From the NCBI GenBank assembly GCA_012862495.1, contig BLSG01000149.1:96561-149056 (forward strand): a stretch of DNA of 52,496 bases, given 5' to 3'. This DNA comes from Thraustochytrium aureum. Lineage: Eukaryota. Numbering within the stretch: position 1 is the first letter of the stretch; each line of letters starts with the position of its first letter. The translations under genes and the position numbers were made by a program. Below, piece by piece: positions 20,732 to 32,069 of the stretch. The notes below the pieces were generated by a model. It was given only the letters and a program-made list of their open reading frames with translations. It did not search any database and was not told the origin of the DNA.

Positions 20732-21797
20732 CCCGAGCCGCGCGTTGCACCGTTGCGTTGAGAAGCGGCGAGACTATCGAGCCCACAGCCAGAGTCGGGC
20801 CGCCCCCCATTGCAATGTCAGGGAACTGCTTGGACCCAACGCCAGGGGCCGCTTTGTAGTCGTGGTTGACGTCTACCGCAAAGAGTACGTCGGGCCGAAA
20901 TTGGGCGGCGAGCACACGGCTGCCAAAGCGGCCGATCTCTTCGTGCGAGGAGAAGGCGAAGAGGACGCGGGCGTCCCGCGTCAAGGTGGATGAGCCCGCC
21001 CCGGCCGCCGCCGCCACCATCTGGGCCACCTTGGCCGTGATGTAGCACCCCAAGCCGTTGTCCAGGTACGCTCCCTGAAAAGTATTTGCCCCGACTCCGC
21101 GCTGGATGGGTCGGTCCATCAGAATGCTGTCCCCAGGCCGCAGCCCGAGACCCTCGACAACCTGGTCTTTGGCCCGCTCACCGTGAATTTGGAGTTCAAC
21201 GTACAGTTGTTCCGGTTTGATGCCCTTTGCCCCGGAGCGCACTGACGGGTCCGCAAAGTGGATTGCGCCGAGCGCCTCGACGGTGCCACCCCGGATGGCA
21301 CGGTATTGTCCGGGCGAATCTGCGAGCTCAGAGAAGATAACAACTGGGTTGCCCAGGAGCGTCAGCGGAAGGTGGCTGTCGCAATCGATGTACACCTTGC
21401 CGTCGCTCGCCACCTTTTTGACTTGCATGCGGATTTTGTCAGCATGCCCCATGACCATCAAGGTGAGCGTTCCTGGCGGCGCCTCTGGCGCGGTGTCGAG
21501 TACGGCCCCCGCATGGCCTCGAAACCGGTGAAGTTTCCACGACGACGGTACGCTGCCCTGAAGCAACTCGCGCTTCACGGCCTCCACCAACGCGCTCTCG
21601 AGGCCAACGGGTGATGGGGCCTCCAGCACGCGTCTCAGCCGCCCAAACTCGTCGTCGTCGAGCTCGCGCGTCCACGGCGTCGCGCTTGCGCCGCCAGTGC
21701 CACAGAGCCCTCGCCTGGAGCCGCACCTCCTCGCCACGAGCGGCGCTGCTCTGTGGCCCCAGCGCCGCCCTGCCTCGGCCAGGTGCCGCAAGCCCAT
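20732..21797 (-). CDS. M42-family (TET/glutamyl aminopeptidase-like) metallopeptidase, 3' end lost in gap
   Basis: Motifs PSPVGLE, MGHADKI, GLRPGD, AYLDNGLG, HEEIGRFG and AVDVNHD. Arg-rich N-terminus with a single acidic residue (MGLRHLAEAGRRWGHRAAPLVARRCGSRRGLC). Confidence 0.9.
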
Positions 21798-22148
21798 GGC
21801 ACCGCCGCCAGCTGCGCGTCCTCGCCCCCTGAATCTCGCGCAGAGAGGTGGGTGCCGGTACGCACGCCCTCCCGTCAATCAGCCGGTACTAGCTCGAGGC
21901 TCTGCCTGCCTGCCTGCCTGCCTCGGCAAGCTGGAGTGGCTGGTCCGTCGTCAGCTTCGCTCGTGTGGCCGTCGGTCGGTGGGTCGCGCGCGAACTCTCG
22001 AGAGGGAGCTTCACAGCTCGGGCGAGCTCCAGGCGCGGCCAAGGCAGGCTGGACACGGGCCGCTCTCGCAACAGGTTGCTCCTTGCGACGCGCGAGACAT
22101 TGGGCCTTGCTGTTGCCGCTGTGCCGAAGCCGGGAATGTGCGAGAGAG

Positions 22149-22192
22149 TCCATCCATCCATCCATCCATCCATCCATCCATCCATCCATCCA
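22149..22192. repeat. (CCAT)n microsatellite
   Basis: Read directly from the sequence. Confidence 0.95.
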
Positions 22193-22596
22193 CGCATGCC
22201 AGGTTGGCCATCTTTCGAGAACATGACATGCATGCTGCCGGAGAACGCTGATGAGCAAACGCTGGTGCTGCTGGAGAACGCTAATGAGCGAACCCTGCTG
22301 AGCGAACCCCGATGAGCGAGAAACCGACTGCTGGACGCACAGGCGCGGGCAGATGCAACTTCGAGTCGCTGCGCTGCAATTTACCTCGTTCGTTCGCTGA
22401 ATGCCCGCGTCGCACGCGTCACAGCTCTTGCAGCGCGCTCGTTGACTGGCTGACGGGCTTGCTGGCTGACGGGCTGGCTCTGGCTGATGGGCTGGCTGAC
22501 GGGCTGACGGGAGTTGTTGCCCAAACGATAGTGCGTTCGTAACGGTAATCTCGCGGCCCGCCGCAGGCTGGATGCATCAGTGACGCAATTGAGGCA

Positions 22597-24875
22597 ATGG
22601 CGGAAGAGCCTGGCCAAGGCCGCGTTGGCCTAGTGCCTGGGAGCGGGCAGGACACGAAGGCCGCAGGGCTGAACGACGCGCCGGAAGCGCACGCTGCTGT
22701 TGGCAAACACCGCCAACCTCATGTCCCAACGGAAGAAGCCAGTTCCGCAGAAAACAAATGCGGCACCGCATCTGCCAGCGACGGCACTGCCGGTGAGCAA
22801 GTATCACAGAACAGCTGCGCTGGCGGTGCGCGGGCCACCGCAAAAGCAGAGCAGGAAATGGAGTCGTCCGCAACAGCCAAGCCCACCAGCATCACGACGC
22901 CACAGACGACGGAAGATGCGGAGGATTCCACGCGGCTCGGACACGAGCTTGACAATCGAGAAAACAGCGCACGCAGCACAAAACGCGAAGGCGGGATCGC
23001 GTCGTCGCCAGCACGCACTTGCGAGATCGGGAGCGAAGGGTTGCCCTACGGTCCTGAGAAGGATGCTCGAAAGGGCGAAAGCGGAATCGGCAGCGCCTCT
23101 GACGCGCTAGCCCTAGGCGCGGAGAGCCACTCGGTTGAATTTGTCGTCGAAAGCGTCGGAATCATGCAGGGCCACAGCAGCGAAGTGGTGCAACACCGAC
23201 CAGACGACGTCAACGGGGCCGAGCCGCTCCACGCACCTGACGGTGGCGGCTGCTCCGAAGAATCTTTTGAGCACTGCTTGGAAGACGCTGTCGGAGAGCT
23301 TGCTGGGGGGGGAGACGACGACCGTGACTATGGCGACGTGACAGACGAAAAGGACAGCGAGGATGAGAGCGAGGGGGCCGGTTCTGGCGCCTCGGACGGC
23401 AGCCAACAGGATTTCCCAGAGCTCGACCCAGAAGAGCAAGCCATAGCCTCATGGGAATATCTTGGTGCTGCCGCGCACAAGATATTCGAAGAGATTGACA
23501 AGTTGGCAGAGGAGTACGTTTTTGGTCCGAAAGGTGAGTGCGAGTTGGCTGCAGGCCTGAAGGCCTAGCGTTCGCTCACCAAAGAAACTCCGGATCGCTT
23601 GACACGCGGAGCGAAGGCATCGGGCTCCGCCACGCCAACATCCGCAAAGCGTGGAATAGATCAATCAAGCTCAAGAGCGCGGTTGGTTCCCGCGACGTTG
23701 CGAAGTCCCTGGCAGAGGTGCGAGCACTGGAGGAGCGGCTGTTGGAGCCGGACATCCTCGAACCAGATGAGCAAGTCAAGGTGCAACTTGCTGCAGTGCT
23801 ACAGGGGGTGCGATACGTGCATAGAGAGATGAACAAGTTTGCGCTCGAGCTGGCTGAACTAGCGCCAGAGGAGCGCCGCCGGGCCTGTGCGCTGTCGGCG
23901 CAAGAGCCAGACCCTGGTGAGCGCGATGTCGTGCCAAGGAAGCAAACCGTGCAGAACCTTGCGCTCGTGCCGATGGTGCTTTTGAAGGTCAAAAATCGTA
24001 TGCTGCTCGATTTGATGCTGGCCCGACGTCTCGCCATGCAGCGCTTGCAGCGATATGTCTGTCTTGCGCCCAAGTTGGGCCCTGGCCAGACGTTCGACAT
24101 GAAAGGGCCGGAGTCTGGTACCGCATTCGACGAGGAGTTTCAGGACGACATGGAGCAGGTCCTGCGCGCGCTACGGCCCGTTACGCCAGCGTGCGCGTAC
24201 CCCGCTCCACGCGAAGTGCGAGCTGACGCTGAGGGGCTACTTCGGACAGCTTGGGAGAGCCAACAAACAGCAAAAGCCGGTGCTCTGGAGCGACTCTCGG
24301 CCACGGCGGCTGGGTTACAAGCAGCGCGCGAGAAAGCGAGAGCGGCGAGCATCAACTTTGCAACGCGGTTGGAGAGCTTGCAACTGGGCAACAAAGAGCA
24401 AGGCACGGCCGACAGCCGCACCATTTTTGGCCCGTCTGCGGCCATGTTCAACCTAGGTGTGCTGCAGGAAGCTTTGGGCGAGTTGGAAGCCGCAGCCGAA
24501 TGGTACAGGAGGTGTTTAGCTTTCGAGCTGAACGAAGACATCAGGCGAGCTGCGGAGTATCGATTGGCGCGGTGTTTGGAGCGTGGCCCCGCCCAAGACG
24601 CTGACATCCAAGACGTTGTCGAGGCCAACTACGCAAATGCGGCCGGGTACTCCAGCCACGCCGCAGCCGCGTACCTGTCGTTTAGTGCGTTGAAAGATGG
24701 TCGGGCGGGACTTGACACGGGTTCTCTGTTCGAGGTCTTGGCGCGATTCGTCCACCAGATGGATGACCTTCATCCCGAGCAACGCTGTCAGATGCAGTGT
24801 GAGGTGGTTGCGCTGACGGAGCTGTTGTCGGCCTTGCCCGCCAGCGGCGATCGCATTCGAGTTGACCTCTCATGA
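22597..24875 (+). CDS. two-exon protein with acidic disordered N-half and helical TPR/Sel1-like C-half
   Basis: ORFs 22597-23568 and 23538-24875 join in frame via a predicted intron 23534-23616 (gtgagt...ttgac...aag). AMFNLGVLQEALGELEAAAEWYRRC is TPR/Sel1-like. Confidence 0.7.
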
Positions 24876-25414
24876 GTCCGTGCTCTTTCTTTGTACTACT
24901 GGTGCGAGTGCTCGACAATCCTTCGAACTCGTTCAGAGTCGTTCAGACTCGTTCAGAGTCGTTCTGCTTATTGACGAATGCATTTTGTTCGCTAACAGGC
25001 CGGCTTGTTTTTTCGGGTGCACTCACCACAAGCGCCGGCCGCCCTTGTTGAAAGCAAGACAAGTACTGAGCACTTGCTTGCCGGCGGCCTCGCAGGCCTC
25101 TTCGTTGTCTGGCCGCTCGGACCCGCCGGCGCCGCCCCCTCGAGCGCGACGAGAGGCGAGGGCGCACTCAGGGCGCACAGCCCAGGCCAAGAAAGACCCG
25201 GAACCCGTACTTACCAAGAAGCCGCGTTTTCTTTTGTGACCCGCTGGAACGAGTCCCGGCTCGCCGCCAACCTGACAAGAAGCAAACTCGGGCGTCCCTA
25301 GGGGGTCGGCTTCCACGAGCAGGCGTTCGACCCCACGCGTCTGTCGGCAGTGCGTGGGGCGACAGCGAGCGCGCCGCAAAGCCCCAACAGCCGCCGAACG
25401 CAAGGGGCAAAGAA

Positions 25415-27121
25415 ATGGCCGCAACTCGACCACAGCACGAACTGCGCGTTTCGCTGCTGGAGGAGGCGCGCGGTGGTGGAGATCGAGGGAGCTTGAACGA
25501 GCGCCGCCAGGTAAGCTTTGAAGACAGCGATGGGAGCTCGAACGAGGGTGCAGCACATCGGGACGAACACGAGCATGATTGGCGGCCCTGGGTCGCTGCG
25601 CCGTCGACGCTGTGGTTGATGCCCGTCCCGATGATTTTCATGATGCAAAGCATGCTACTCTCCACCCTGTTGCCCGAGATTCAAGCCAACTGGTTCACCA
25701 AGTGCGACCTGAAGGCAGTTGACGCTGCTTGCAAACCCGACTACGAGTCTGCGCAGGCCGTGGGAGGCGTCGTCCACTCTATTCAAAACCTCTTCGCGTT
25801 CTTTTCTGCAGCGCTCATTGGACGCCTGAGCGATGTGTGGGGCCGCCGACGCGTGCTTATGTTTGGCGTCGCCATCGCGTGCTTGCCTACCGCAGCGCTG
25901 CTTGTGACAAACACCGGATCGGCCTCGATCTTTTTCGGGACGACAATTCTATCGGGCCTCTTAGGCGTGGGGTCGACGCCAACGTTCCTCACGTCGGTGT
26001 CGAATGCGTACGTCGCCGACGTGTACGCTCCAGAGGCGCGGTCCTCGCAGTTTGGCTTGATCATGGCGGCGAGCACCGGCTCGATGATACTCAACCCCCT
26101 GTTTGGCATCCTCACGAACAATCTCAGTCTCCAGATGGTCTATACCGTCTGCTTGTCGCTATCTGCCGGGCTGTTGTTGTACATCTGGCTCGTGCTCCCC
26201 GAGTCACTGCCGCCGTCCAGGCGCAACCGCTTCAGCTGCGGGCGGACAATGAACCCTCTAAGCCCTCTTCGACTCTTGGGCCAGTCGCAGGTTCTTCGCT
26301 GGATATCTTTCGTCTATTTTCTNNNNNNNNNNNNNNNNNNNNNNNNNNNNNNNNNNNNNNNNNNNNNNNNNNNNNNNNNNNNNNNNNNNNNNNNNNNNNN
26401 NNNNNNNNNNNNNNNNNNNNNNNNNNNNNNNNNNNNNNNNNNNNNNNNNNNNNNNNNNNNNNNNNNNNNNNNNNNNNNNNNNNNNNNNNNNNNNNNNNNN
26501 NNNNNNNNNNNNNNNNNNCAAGGCGCCGCTGCGCGGGATTTCAACAGGTTGCTGTTTTGCGTGATTGGCGGGACGATGATGATCAGCGCGGTCGTCGTGT
26601 TGCGAGCTCTCCTGTACATAAAGTTGCGACCGTCCACGCTCTTCGCCATCGGCCAGGCCAACAACGCGGTGCACATTGGCGTGTATATCTTGCTTGGCTA
26701 CTTGCCGCACAAATGGGTGATCCTCTCGAACGCGGTGCCAACTGGGTTTATTGTTGTTTCCAGCGTGGCTGCCACTTCGCTCATCTCGTCCAACATGGGT
26801 CCGCAGGAGCAGGGTTTTGCTTTTGGCACACTCAGTGCCGTGGGAGGCATCGCGGATATTCTCAGCCCACTGCTGTACTCGGAACTCTTTTCGTATTTTG
26901 GCAAGCGATACGGCCTCCCGGAGGTTCCCTTTGGTCTGGGCGTGCTTTTTGCGCTGGCCTCTGCTGTAGTGACTGTCGCCGGACCGCTTCGTTCACTCGA
27001 CCGTCGCGCAAAGCGCATGCTCGCGCCTTCGCACTCGGTGTTGTATAATGGCGAAGAGGAGGGCGAGCAAGACCGCGTTGAGGCTGAGGATTCTTCGCAG
27101 CTTGCTGTGGACGGTGCGTGA
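25415..27121 (+). CDS. MFS transporter (TetA/HIAT1-MFSD14-like)
   Basis: Motif A GRLSDVWGRR, AYVADV, LPESL, EQG.AFG.LS and multiple TM segments. It spans gap 26323-26518. Confidence 0.92.
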   Translation: MAATRPQHELRVSLLEEARGGGDRGSLNERRQVSFEDSDGSSNEGAAHRDEHEHDWRPWVAAPSTLWLMPVPMIFMMQSMLLSTLLPEIQANWFTKCDLKAVDAACKPDYESAQAVGGVVHSIQNLFAFFSAALIGRLSDVWGRRRVLMFGVAIACLPTAALLVTNTGSASIFFGTTILSGLLGVGSTPTFLTSVSNAYVADVYAPEARSSQFGLIMAASTGSMILNPLFGILTNNLSLQMVYTVCLSLSAGLLLYIWLVLPESLPPSRRNRFSCGRTMNPLSPLRLLGQSQVLRWISFVYFXXXXXXXXXXXXXXXXXXXXXXXXXXXXXXXXXXXXXXXXXXXXXXXXXXXXXXXXXXXXXXXXXXQGAAARDFNRLLFCVIGGTMMISAVVVLRALLYIKLRPSTLFAIGQANNAVHIGVYILLGYLPHKWVILSNAVPTGFIVVSSVAATSLISSNMGPQEQGFAFGTLSAVGGIADILSPLLYSELFSYFGKRYGLPEVPFGLGVLFALASAVVTVAGPLRSLDRRAKRMLAPSHSVLYNGEEEGEQDRVEAEDSSQLAVDGA

Positions 27122-27209
27122 TTGGCGAAGGCGTGCCCAATGGCGTGGCGTTCAGAGTCTGCTGATGACTCCTGAATGATGAGTCGTGAGGCATTCCTCG
27201 TTCCCATCC

Positions 27210-27251
27210 GAACCGATCAATCAAAACGTGAACCGATCAATCAAAACGTGA
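27210..27251. repeat. 20-bp exact tandem duplication (aaccgatcaatcaaaacgtg) x2
   Basis: Read directly from the sequence. Confidence 0.9.
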
Positions 27252-27506
27252 CTAAGTACTCTACTGTTGGGTAGTACTCATGATCAAAGGTATTTCCGAT
27301 TGCACATTTTCTTCGAAAGCCTACCTACTCGAGTACCAAGCTCGCCCTCGTGGTCGTCGTCCTTGCCGAGCTCGGACTTGATGCGCTCAAAGACAGCGTT
27401 TTGTCGGCGGGTGTCCATCGTGAAACCCTAGTTCTTGTATCTGTGAATCCGGATTCGTTTGTTCACAAGTGAAATGTGAGGCTGTCAGGCGATCATCGTC
27501 ATCAAG

Positions 27507-28365
27507 ATGAACGCTACTTCACGCCAAACGACCAGCAGTTCGGCAAGCGGACGCACTATGCACCGCCCATGGCAGGCAACGAGGGTCGCGGCAGCGCGCG
27601 TTGGCGCGATGCGCACGGCATCGGCGACGACTAGACCGAGGTGGCTGCACGAGGATGCAATCTCGAGGCCCGAGTATGCAGAGGAACTCCAGCGCAAACA
27701 GATCAAACCCCCCACGTTCTACGAGTCTATGGCGGAGGAGCGCAAGTACTTTTACCACGTCGATCTGCAAGGCCGTCTTTTCCTTGAAGATGTGGTGAGT
27801 TGACCTTCGAGTCAATTCTGCGAGGGAGGGCGTGGAACAGGGCTGACCGGCTCGCCGCGCGCAGATGCCGAAAAACGTGGCAACGTGCCTCAAGTCGCCG
27901 AAATTTCTCGACTTTTTCTGGCACATGCTGCGCCCGAACAAGCTTGGCGAGTTTGAAGAGTACCCATTTGTGTCGCCATGTGGAAGCGAGATGAACTTCA
28001 TCAGGCCAGCCGACACCCCGATTGTGTTTGACAGGCTCGAAGTCAACGGCGGAGGCCAAACCCCCGAAGGCGATCACTCGCTCTTCTTTGCCGCAACGCA
28101 CGCCGAAGTTTTCGATGCCTCTGCTCTTGTTTGGAACACAGAGACGGACCGGCTATACCACCCTGTCAGTGCGCACAAACGGCTCAAGGGTTCCCTTGGC
28201 CTGATCAAGAGCCAGCTCGCTGTGCAGCTGTCTCAAACATTCACCTTGGACGACGATGGCGGCGTGCGGTTCACCTGGGGTGGCAGCGACTATCCAATCA
28301 CGTACGTTTCTTTGCTTTTGAGCGCAGTGTTGCCGGCACGGGTTGAGGGCGCCACGTGTTTGTGA
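27507..28365 (+). CDS. UPF0598/C8orf82-like (DUF4505) protein
   Basis: RKYFYHVDLQGRLFLED / PKN..TCLK..KFLDFF...LRPN...YPFVSPCG.E.NFIR..DTPIVF and RLYHP. Intron 27795-27864 (gtgagt..ctgac..cag). The exact start and last exon are uncertain. Confidence 0.88.
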
Positions 28366-28711
28366 CAGCGATCTTGGTGATGAGATATATCAACCATACT
28401 ACTTCCGAGTATATTCTACAGTGACGCCAAGAATCACTCCACTCTGAAAGACGCTGTTGCACACGCGAGCTGGGCCACGGAGTTTGGGCAAGCGTGGGTG
28501 GCTCACTGACGCAGAGGCGAAAGCGCATGTCATCTCGCAGGGTCAAGTGCGGCGCGGATCCGGCCGGCTGATTCTAGCTCTAGAGCTTGATCTTTTCTCG
28601 CCTTCTACTTCTACTTGATTCGTAGCTCACCCTGAGGAGAGAGGAGGTGCGTTGGCGCCCGCAGCCAAGAGAACTCGAGCCACAAAGCCCGCCCGACCAC
28701 AGCAACCCAAC

Positions 28712-30015
28712 CTATCCAGAGCCGGAGGGGGACGCCATCGCGACCGCCTTGGCCGCCTTTTCTGCCTGGTCCTCGTCGTTGAGCTCTTTGAGAAAGGTGG
28801 CACGAATCAGCTTGGAAGTTCGCGGGTACGACTCGCAGCCTCGCTCGAGGATGCCCAAAAGTTTCGCAGCAACCTCGAGCTGCTCCTCCTTCTTGATTGG
28901 GCTGCTCTCGAAGACGACGTCCTTGACAGAGTGAAACTGGGTCTCACGCCAGCGGACCAAATACTCCTCGAACATTGGTGCAGCTTCTGCAACACTAACC
29001 ACAAAGCTGAGCAACTTGCGCCACTCCTTTAGCGATAGCAATCGGTCTATCGCCGATGCCAGGCGCGCTGTTGCCACCTTGCCCTGGATGTCGCCAGACT
29101 CCACAAGGTCGTGGATAGCCTTGACAATTTGCTGGACGCGCTTGATCGCACCTTCGTCTTGCGCGTCTGCCACCTCGTCGTCAGTCATTTCTTCCTGCTC
29201 AAGGGCAGGAATCGAGCCCTGGTGCTCTACCATCTGCTTGAGCACGTCCTCGGAAACGTCCTCGACTCCGCCGAAATCTTCGCTGAGGAGCTCTTCGATT
29301 GCCGCGACAGCGCGCTGGCTCAGGATTATGTCCTTGGGCCAGTGTTCGGCAACGGCATGAAACCAAATCGCGAGCTGGACAAGCCACTCGTCAGCGCGCT
29401 CCATTTCGACTTTCTTGATGAGGAGAGTGATGATGTTGAGGTCTTCGTCGCGGAGGTTGGCCTCCTCGTCCTGCGACCTTGTAAACATGATGAGTTCGTC
29501 GTCGGTGTGGTGGTACAAGAAGTCCCTGAGCAGGTGCGAACCGGATTTTAAATCAAGGCGTTGGGTTTGCGGCCGTGCCGACACGTTCGTCTGTCAGCGC
29601 CGTTTATCGTTGCACTCGATCGCAGAAAGCGGCAGACTTACCACACAGATTCGGTGTTGCTCAAGTCCTTGGGGTCTGGAATGTCTGCAACGTTGTTGCT
29701 GCCAGCTTCGGGCTCCGCGGGTGGGCCCCGGACGCGGCGGCGGCGGCGGCGGCGGCGCTTTGTCTCGCTGGTCTCCTTTTCAGTATGCATGTCGTGCAGG
29801 CCCTTGATAACGGGCCCCATTCTTTCCTCAATGGAGTGCACATTATCGACGACGGCGCTGTCGTAGTAGCGCTGGTACTCGGTCATGTCGGCGCTACGCT
29901 GGCTGATCCCGAGCAAGATGATGACGGAGAACAGGCCAAGAGTGCAAATTGCAGACAAGCGCAGGCTGGAGCTGCGCTGCGCGCCCGTTTCGATTGCGGT
30001 GTAAGCGGTCGTCAT
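28712..30015 (-). CDS. two-exon single-pass (type II) membrane protein with helical C-domain, function unknown
   Basis: ORF 29638-30015 joins ORF 28712-29584 in frame through intron 29526-29641 (gtaagt...ctcag), giving ESVW-DFLYHH. It has an N-terminal TM and a poly-Arg tract. Confidence 0.72.
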
Positions 30016-30338
30016 TGTGGCGCGAGGTGCGGAGCGCCGAGCGTCGTGAGGCTTCGCGGTCTGGCCTGCCCACCGGTTCTGACGCTTGCTTGCCTGGTGG
30101 CTTGGCTGGCTCCAGTTCTATCTTTCTTCTTCCGCTTGCCGCCAGGGCATTTTTGGTGAAGTTTGGAGCTCGGAATGGGTTGGCCATCCGCGCCGGAGAC
30201 GCAGGACTGGGATTCACTGCGAATGGTTCCGAAGACGAACAAGGGAGCCGACTCTCCTGCGGCAAACGAACAAAACGAGCGAATCGACCACATGCGAATC
30301 ATGATGCGATGATCGATGCCTGCCGAGGGGATGGATGG

Positions 30339-30717
30339 GCTTGGGCGACAAGTTGGGTCCAGGTGTCTCACGTTGGGTTTGTGGCGGTACCAACAAGCAG
30401 CAACCGCAGAGCACAGACCGCGACCAGGTCGCGACACGCACACAACGTCAAATCTGTTGTCGGCAAGTCACGACATGAGTGCATCAGGCTACTACTACGT
30501 CTAAGGCGCGGTAGAGTTCAAGTTGGAGCTTGGGCGACAAGTTGGGTCCAGGTGTCTCACGTTGGGTTTGTGGCGGTACCAACAAGCAGCAACCGCAGAG
30601 CACAGACCGCGAGCAGGTCGCGACACGCACACAACGTCAAATCTGTTGTCGGCAAGTCACGACATGAGTGCATCAGGCTACTACTACGTCTAAGGCGCGG
30701 TAAAGTTCAAGTTGGAG
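30339..30717. repeat. 189-bp tandem duplication covering the last codons and 3' flank of the 7TM gene
   Basis: Copies at 30339-30527 and 30528-30717, with two substitutions seen. Confidence 0.93.
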
Positions 30718-32069
30718 ACGGACCCCGTAGTTGGCGCCCCCGGCGCCGACGAAACAAACTCGTCCCTGACGTGGTTGTGGCGCTTGCGGGCGCGACGCTC
30801 TTGGGCCAGCACATTGCGGCTGCTTCGGTGCACATAGTGCAGGATGGCGGCGTAGATGAGGCCAATGCATCCCGAGAAGAGCTCGTTTGCAACAGTCATC
30901 TGGTCAACCTTGCCTGGGCGCGCGTGCTCTTTCCAGTTTCCGATGAAAAGAAGGGCAAAGTAGACCCCAGAGCCCAAGGTAAGGAGGATGGCCACCATAA
31001 CATTGCGCGAACAATCCTTGACGAGGAGGACCGCACCCCTGTAGGTCCCCAAATCGTTCGCCCGGCGACACAGCAGGCGGTCCCCAAACGCAAGCACAGC
31101 GTCAGCACAGCTGCTCGGCTCCATCTCGTCGTCGGTCTCAAGACCGTCGAGATCGTCCGAGTCGAACACGGGGGCCTCCTCAGGCTGCGGGGCGGGGAGC
31201 GAGGAAGCCGACTTGGAGCCAAGCTTGGCCTTGTCGGAAAGCGAACTCTGCGAAGCCTTGGACTTGAGAGACTTTTTCGAGGTGGCCTTGCGCAGGTTGG
31301 AGGAGGAGCCTGACGTGAACGAGGAGACCATCACGTTGACGAGACGGTGCCTCCCAATCAGGAACGTGACAAGCAAGATGGCGAGGTACGGCACCGCGAG
31401 AAAGACGCCGTATCCCCAAAGCCCCTTGACGGCGATGACCACCATGAGCACCAAAAACGAAAACTCGAACGCCTGGACGCTGCGACGGTACTTGGTCACG
31501 GATTCGACGCGCGCCCCGTTGCGCATCGCACTGGCCACGTCTGCGATTTCGATCCACATCACGCTCACGTGCGCGGCCGCCACGATCAGGAAAAAGGTAG
31601 TGACGAGCACCACGGGCCGCCACGCCACGGAAAACTGGCTCCTCTTCTCGGTGTCAAAAACGGGGCCAACGTCTGACGGGACCGCTGCGCCAGCGGGCAA
31701 CAGAGTGGTGGCAAGCGTCATTGCGCGCCAGGCGCAGTAAAAGGTGAGACCGATCGTGACCGAGCTGAGGGTGACGAGCGTGGTGTTTAGTCGTCGCTGC
31801 GCGCGTTTGCGCACTGCCCAAACTGCCGCGAGGTCAAACCAACTGAACACGGCCAGCAAGCCAGAGACGAGAACCTGTGTCCCTGTTGAGGCAAAGATTA
31901 CGTACGAGGCCGGCCCGAACGCGGTGCAGTCACCGTTGCTGTCCTCGCCCCAGCCGTACCATCCGCTGCAAGCGCAAAACGAGGCTTCGCTGCTCCATGA
32001 TACGTTCACGTAGCAGATTTTGCCCGGGCCGTCGCAGTCCCAGTCCGAGACGCAGGTAGTGGCGTTCAT
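30690..32069 (-). CDS. seven-transmembrane (GPCR-like) protein with N-terminal EGF-like Cys-rich domain
   Basis: Six Cys in C....DC......C...CAC...YGW......C, followed by seven hydrophobic segments and a long charged loop between TM5 and TM6. Confidence 0.75.
   Translation of the reverse strand: MNATTCVSDWDCDGPGKICYVNVSWSSEASFCACSGWYGWGEDSNGDCTAFGPASYVIFASTGTQVLVSGLLAVFSWFDLAAVWAVRKRAQRRLNTTLVTLSSVTIGLTFYCAWRAMTLATTLLPAGAAVPSDVGPVFDTEKRSQFSVAWRPVVLVTTFFLIVAAAHVSVMWIEIADVASAMRNGARVESVTKYRRSVQAFEFSFLVLMVVIAVKGLWGYGVFLAVPYLAILLVTFLIGRHRLVNVMVSSFTSGSSSNLRKATSKKSLKSKASQSSLSDKAKLGSKSASSLPAPQPEEAPVFDSDDLDGLETDDEMEPSSCADAVLAFGDRLLCRRANDLGTYRGAVLLVKDCSRNVMVAILLTLGSGVYFALLFIGNWKEHARPGKVDQMTVANELFSGCIGLIYAAILHYVHRSSRNVLAQERRARKRHNHVRDEFVSSAPGAPTTGSVSNLNFTAP

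Noticed and set aside
29949..31313. 454-aa plus-strand ORF with an internal 63-aa repeat
   Set aside because: It is antisense to the 7TM gene, and the repeat simply reflects the 189-bp DNA duplication.
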